A DNA stretch of 64,000 nt, from assembly GCA_964016885.1 (NCBI GenBank), contig OZ024751.1, positions 4,154,001-4,218,000 on the forward strand, in the 5' to 3' direction. The notes beneath the pieces were generated by a model, which did not search any database, was not told where the DNA came from, and worked only from the letters and a program-made list of their open reading frames with translations. Made by a program: the position numbers and the translations under genes. Positions 61,514 to 64,000 of the stretch are shown piece by piece (position 1 is the stretch's first letter; each line of letters starts with the position of its first letter). Origin of the DNA: Eledone cirrhosa. Lineage: Eukaryota.

Positions 61514-64000
61514 ATCATCATCATCATCGTTTTACGTCCATTTTCCACGCTAGCATGGGTCTGGACGGGAATTGTCCCACTTGAGGCAAGATTGGTTGTC
61601 TTGCTCAGGACTGTCTGGCGGGTTTTCTACGGCTGGATGCCCTACCTAACACCAACCACGTTTACAGTGTGGACTGGGAGGTTTTTACCGTGTTACCTAC
61701 ACGGCCACATTACAGCGTGGACTGTGTGTTTTATTGTCGTGACACCTACACGTCTGGCGGGTTTTCTATGGCTGGGTACCGTTCCCAAAACCAACCACGT
61801 TTACAGTGTGTACTGGGAGGTTTTTACCATGTTACCTACACGGCCACATTACAGCGTGGACTGTGTGTTCTTTTGTCGTGGTGTGGATGGGGTGGGGGTA
61901 GTGGGACGGGGGTGTATTTTGTTAGAGGTGCCTACTGACTAGGTTTTGCTTTGTACTTAGGCAAGGCGGGTCTTCTGTATAACTGTGTAGCGCCAAAGAT
62001 CTCGGTCCAGTGACATTGTCTTGGAGAGGTGTAAGTGTGTGAGGTCGGAATTTATCAAGTCGTCCCAGGTTTTTCTGGGTCTGCCTACTCCGTGGCTACC
62101 GTCTATTTTTATCGCCCTGCACTTTTTTATACAGCTGTCGTCTTTCATGCGTATCACGTGACTGTACCAACGTAGTCTTCTCTTTAGTAAACAACATCTG
62201 ATCCCTCTTATTCTTAATTCCTCCCTTAGTTCGTTTATGCTTTGCCGTTCACGTATATTACTATTACACATCCAGCGGAGCATGCAAGCTTCGTTTCTCT
62301 CCAGTCTATGTATATCTCTGCACATAATGCCCAGGTCTCACTGCCATGTAACATTGCTGTTCGTATGCAGGCATCATACAGCCTGCCTTTCATTTTTAGA
62401 GAGAACACTTTAGTGACCAATATTGGTATAAGCTCTCTGAACTTTTTCCATCCCGTTCTGAATTTAGCTACTGTACTTTCAGAGCACCCTCCCCCACTGC
62501 TGATTTTGTCACCCAGGTAACGGAAGCTGTCCACTATTTCTATAGAACCATCTGTGCAATGGAATGAGCTAGTATTCTGTGGGCACTTGCTGCTACTTAT
62601 TGCACCAGAGCACCGGCCACATATAAAATCTATATTCTGAGTTAGCTTACCTGTGATCCCCCTACATCTTTTATGCACCCATACTTTGCATTTGGGACAT
62701 AAAATGGAGTTTCTGCCTACTCCTTTCCTACACACTGAGCATGGCCATTTCCCAGATGGGACCGGTGCCCTATTTTCCTTCCTACAAACTAGAACTTTAG
62801 TCTTAGACAAGTTAACTTTAAGGCCTTTTGATTCTAGGCCATGCTTCCATGTTTGGAATTTCATCTTTAGTTCCGCCATAGATTCAGCTATGTGCGTTAG
62901 ATCATCTACATATAGGAGTTCCCATGGGCAGCCGGTCTTGAACTCCTCTGTTATAGCCTGAAGGGCAATAATAAATAGTAGGGGGCTAAGGATGTAGCCC
63001 TGATGAACGCCAACTTTTACGCTAAACTCTTCACTATATTCGTTGTTAATTCTAACCTTGCTGACTGTTTCTTTATACATGGCTTGTATAGCTCACACAA
63101 GCCATTCATCAACACCTAGTTTTCTAAGGGCCCACCAGATAATCGAGCGGGTACTCTGTCAAAGGCTTTCTCCAAGTCAACAAAGGCTAAATATAGGGGT
63201 TTACTTTTAGCTAGGTACTTCTCCTGTAGTTGTCGTACAATGAAGAGAGCGTCTGTTGTACTTTTACCTGACACAAACCCGAACTGCATTTCGTCGAGAT
63301 CAATTCGCTCTCTGATTAGTTGCGCTATTACTTTTTCTGTGACCTTCATAACCTGGTCAATTAATTTAATGCCTCTATAGTTTCGCCTATCTAGGGCATC
63401 ACCTTTACCCTTGTAGCAGTTAATGATGATGCTGCTGCGCCAGTCCTTCGGAACGACCCCATTCTGTATGACTTGGTTTACTATCTGAGTGACCATAGTG
63501 TGTCCCACCGTTCCAGATGCTTTCAGCATTTCAGCAACTATTTCCGAAGGCCCGGCCGCCTTGCCCGTCTTTATGTCTTTGATCGCCTTACTTATTATAC
63601 TACCTTCAACTTGCACTGCTGATCCCTCTATTGGGTCGATGTGGGGGAGACTGTCTTTCTCCCAATTATTCTCCTCATTTAGTAGCCTTTCGTAGTGACA
63701 TTTCCAAGCTCTTATCAGCATCAGTGATGGCAAGTACACCATCATCATTAAGGACACACTTCTCCCCGACAATATCACTGTTTTCCTTGACACATTGCCT
63801 AGCAATCCTGAACACCTCACGTTTTTGGTCCTCGCGTTGTAGAACATGCTTGAACTTTCTTTCCTCTGCTTCCCTTCTTGCGAAGTACACTTGGCTCCTA
63901 GCTTCCCTCCTGGCCACTTGATAGTCTTCTCTACTTCCCCCATCCCGCCATGCTTTCCAAGCCTGCCCTTTTGACCTTGATTGACCCCTCCACCTTACTG
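61514..64000 (-). mobile_element. RTE LINE family C, degenerate, continuing past the window edge
   Basis: ORFs 63116-63943, 62235-63080 and 61957-62325 with RT motifs. 3' UTR has a duplicated module; (CAT)n tail at 61514-61528. Confidence 0.95.

Overview
AT-rich animal genomic DNA, probably cephalopod/octopus. That assignment is an inference from the tRNA-derived CORE-type SINEs, the RTE LINEs with (GAT)n tails and the very large (TA)n fields. The window holds one probable host-gene terminal exon (24088-25142, +) followed by a long UTR-like region containing a ~10 kb TA/TATG/TACA microsatellite. The rest is mostly transposon debris: several RTE LINE families (one near full length at 48280-52140), a Tx1/L1-like LINE, a CR1 with a nested CRE-like fragment, a DD37D (maT) mariner, MITEs and SINEs. 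The main signal the ORF track does not show is about 14 type I hammerhead-ribozyme motifs, most unrelated in primary sequence (some intact, some decayed). Most sit in short fold-back or partial-tandem elements inside or next to (TA)n tracts, as expected for Penelope-like pseudo-LTR remnants. Other notable signals are tandem GNRA-hairpin plus pseudoknot modules in RTE 3' UTRs, and one SINE head that has acquired several different tails. The many long Ile/Tyr/His ORFs are microsatellite artefacts. All structures were read by eye and none was computed.
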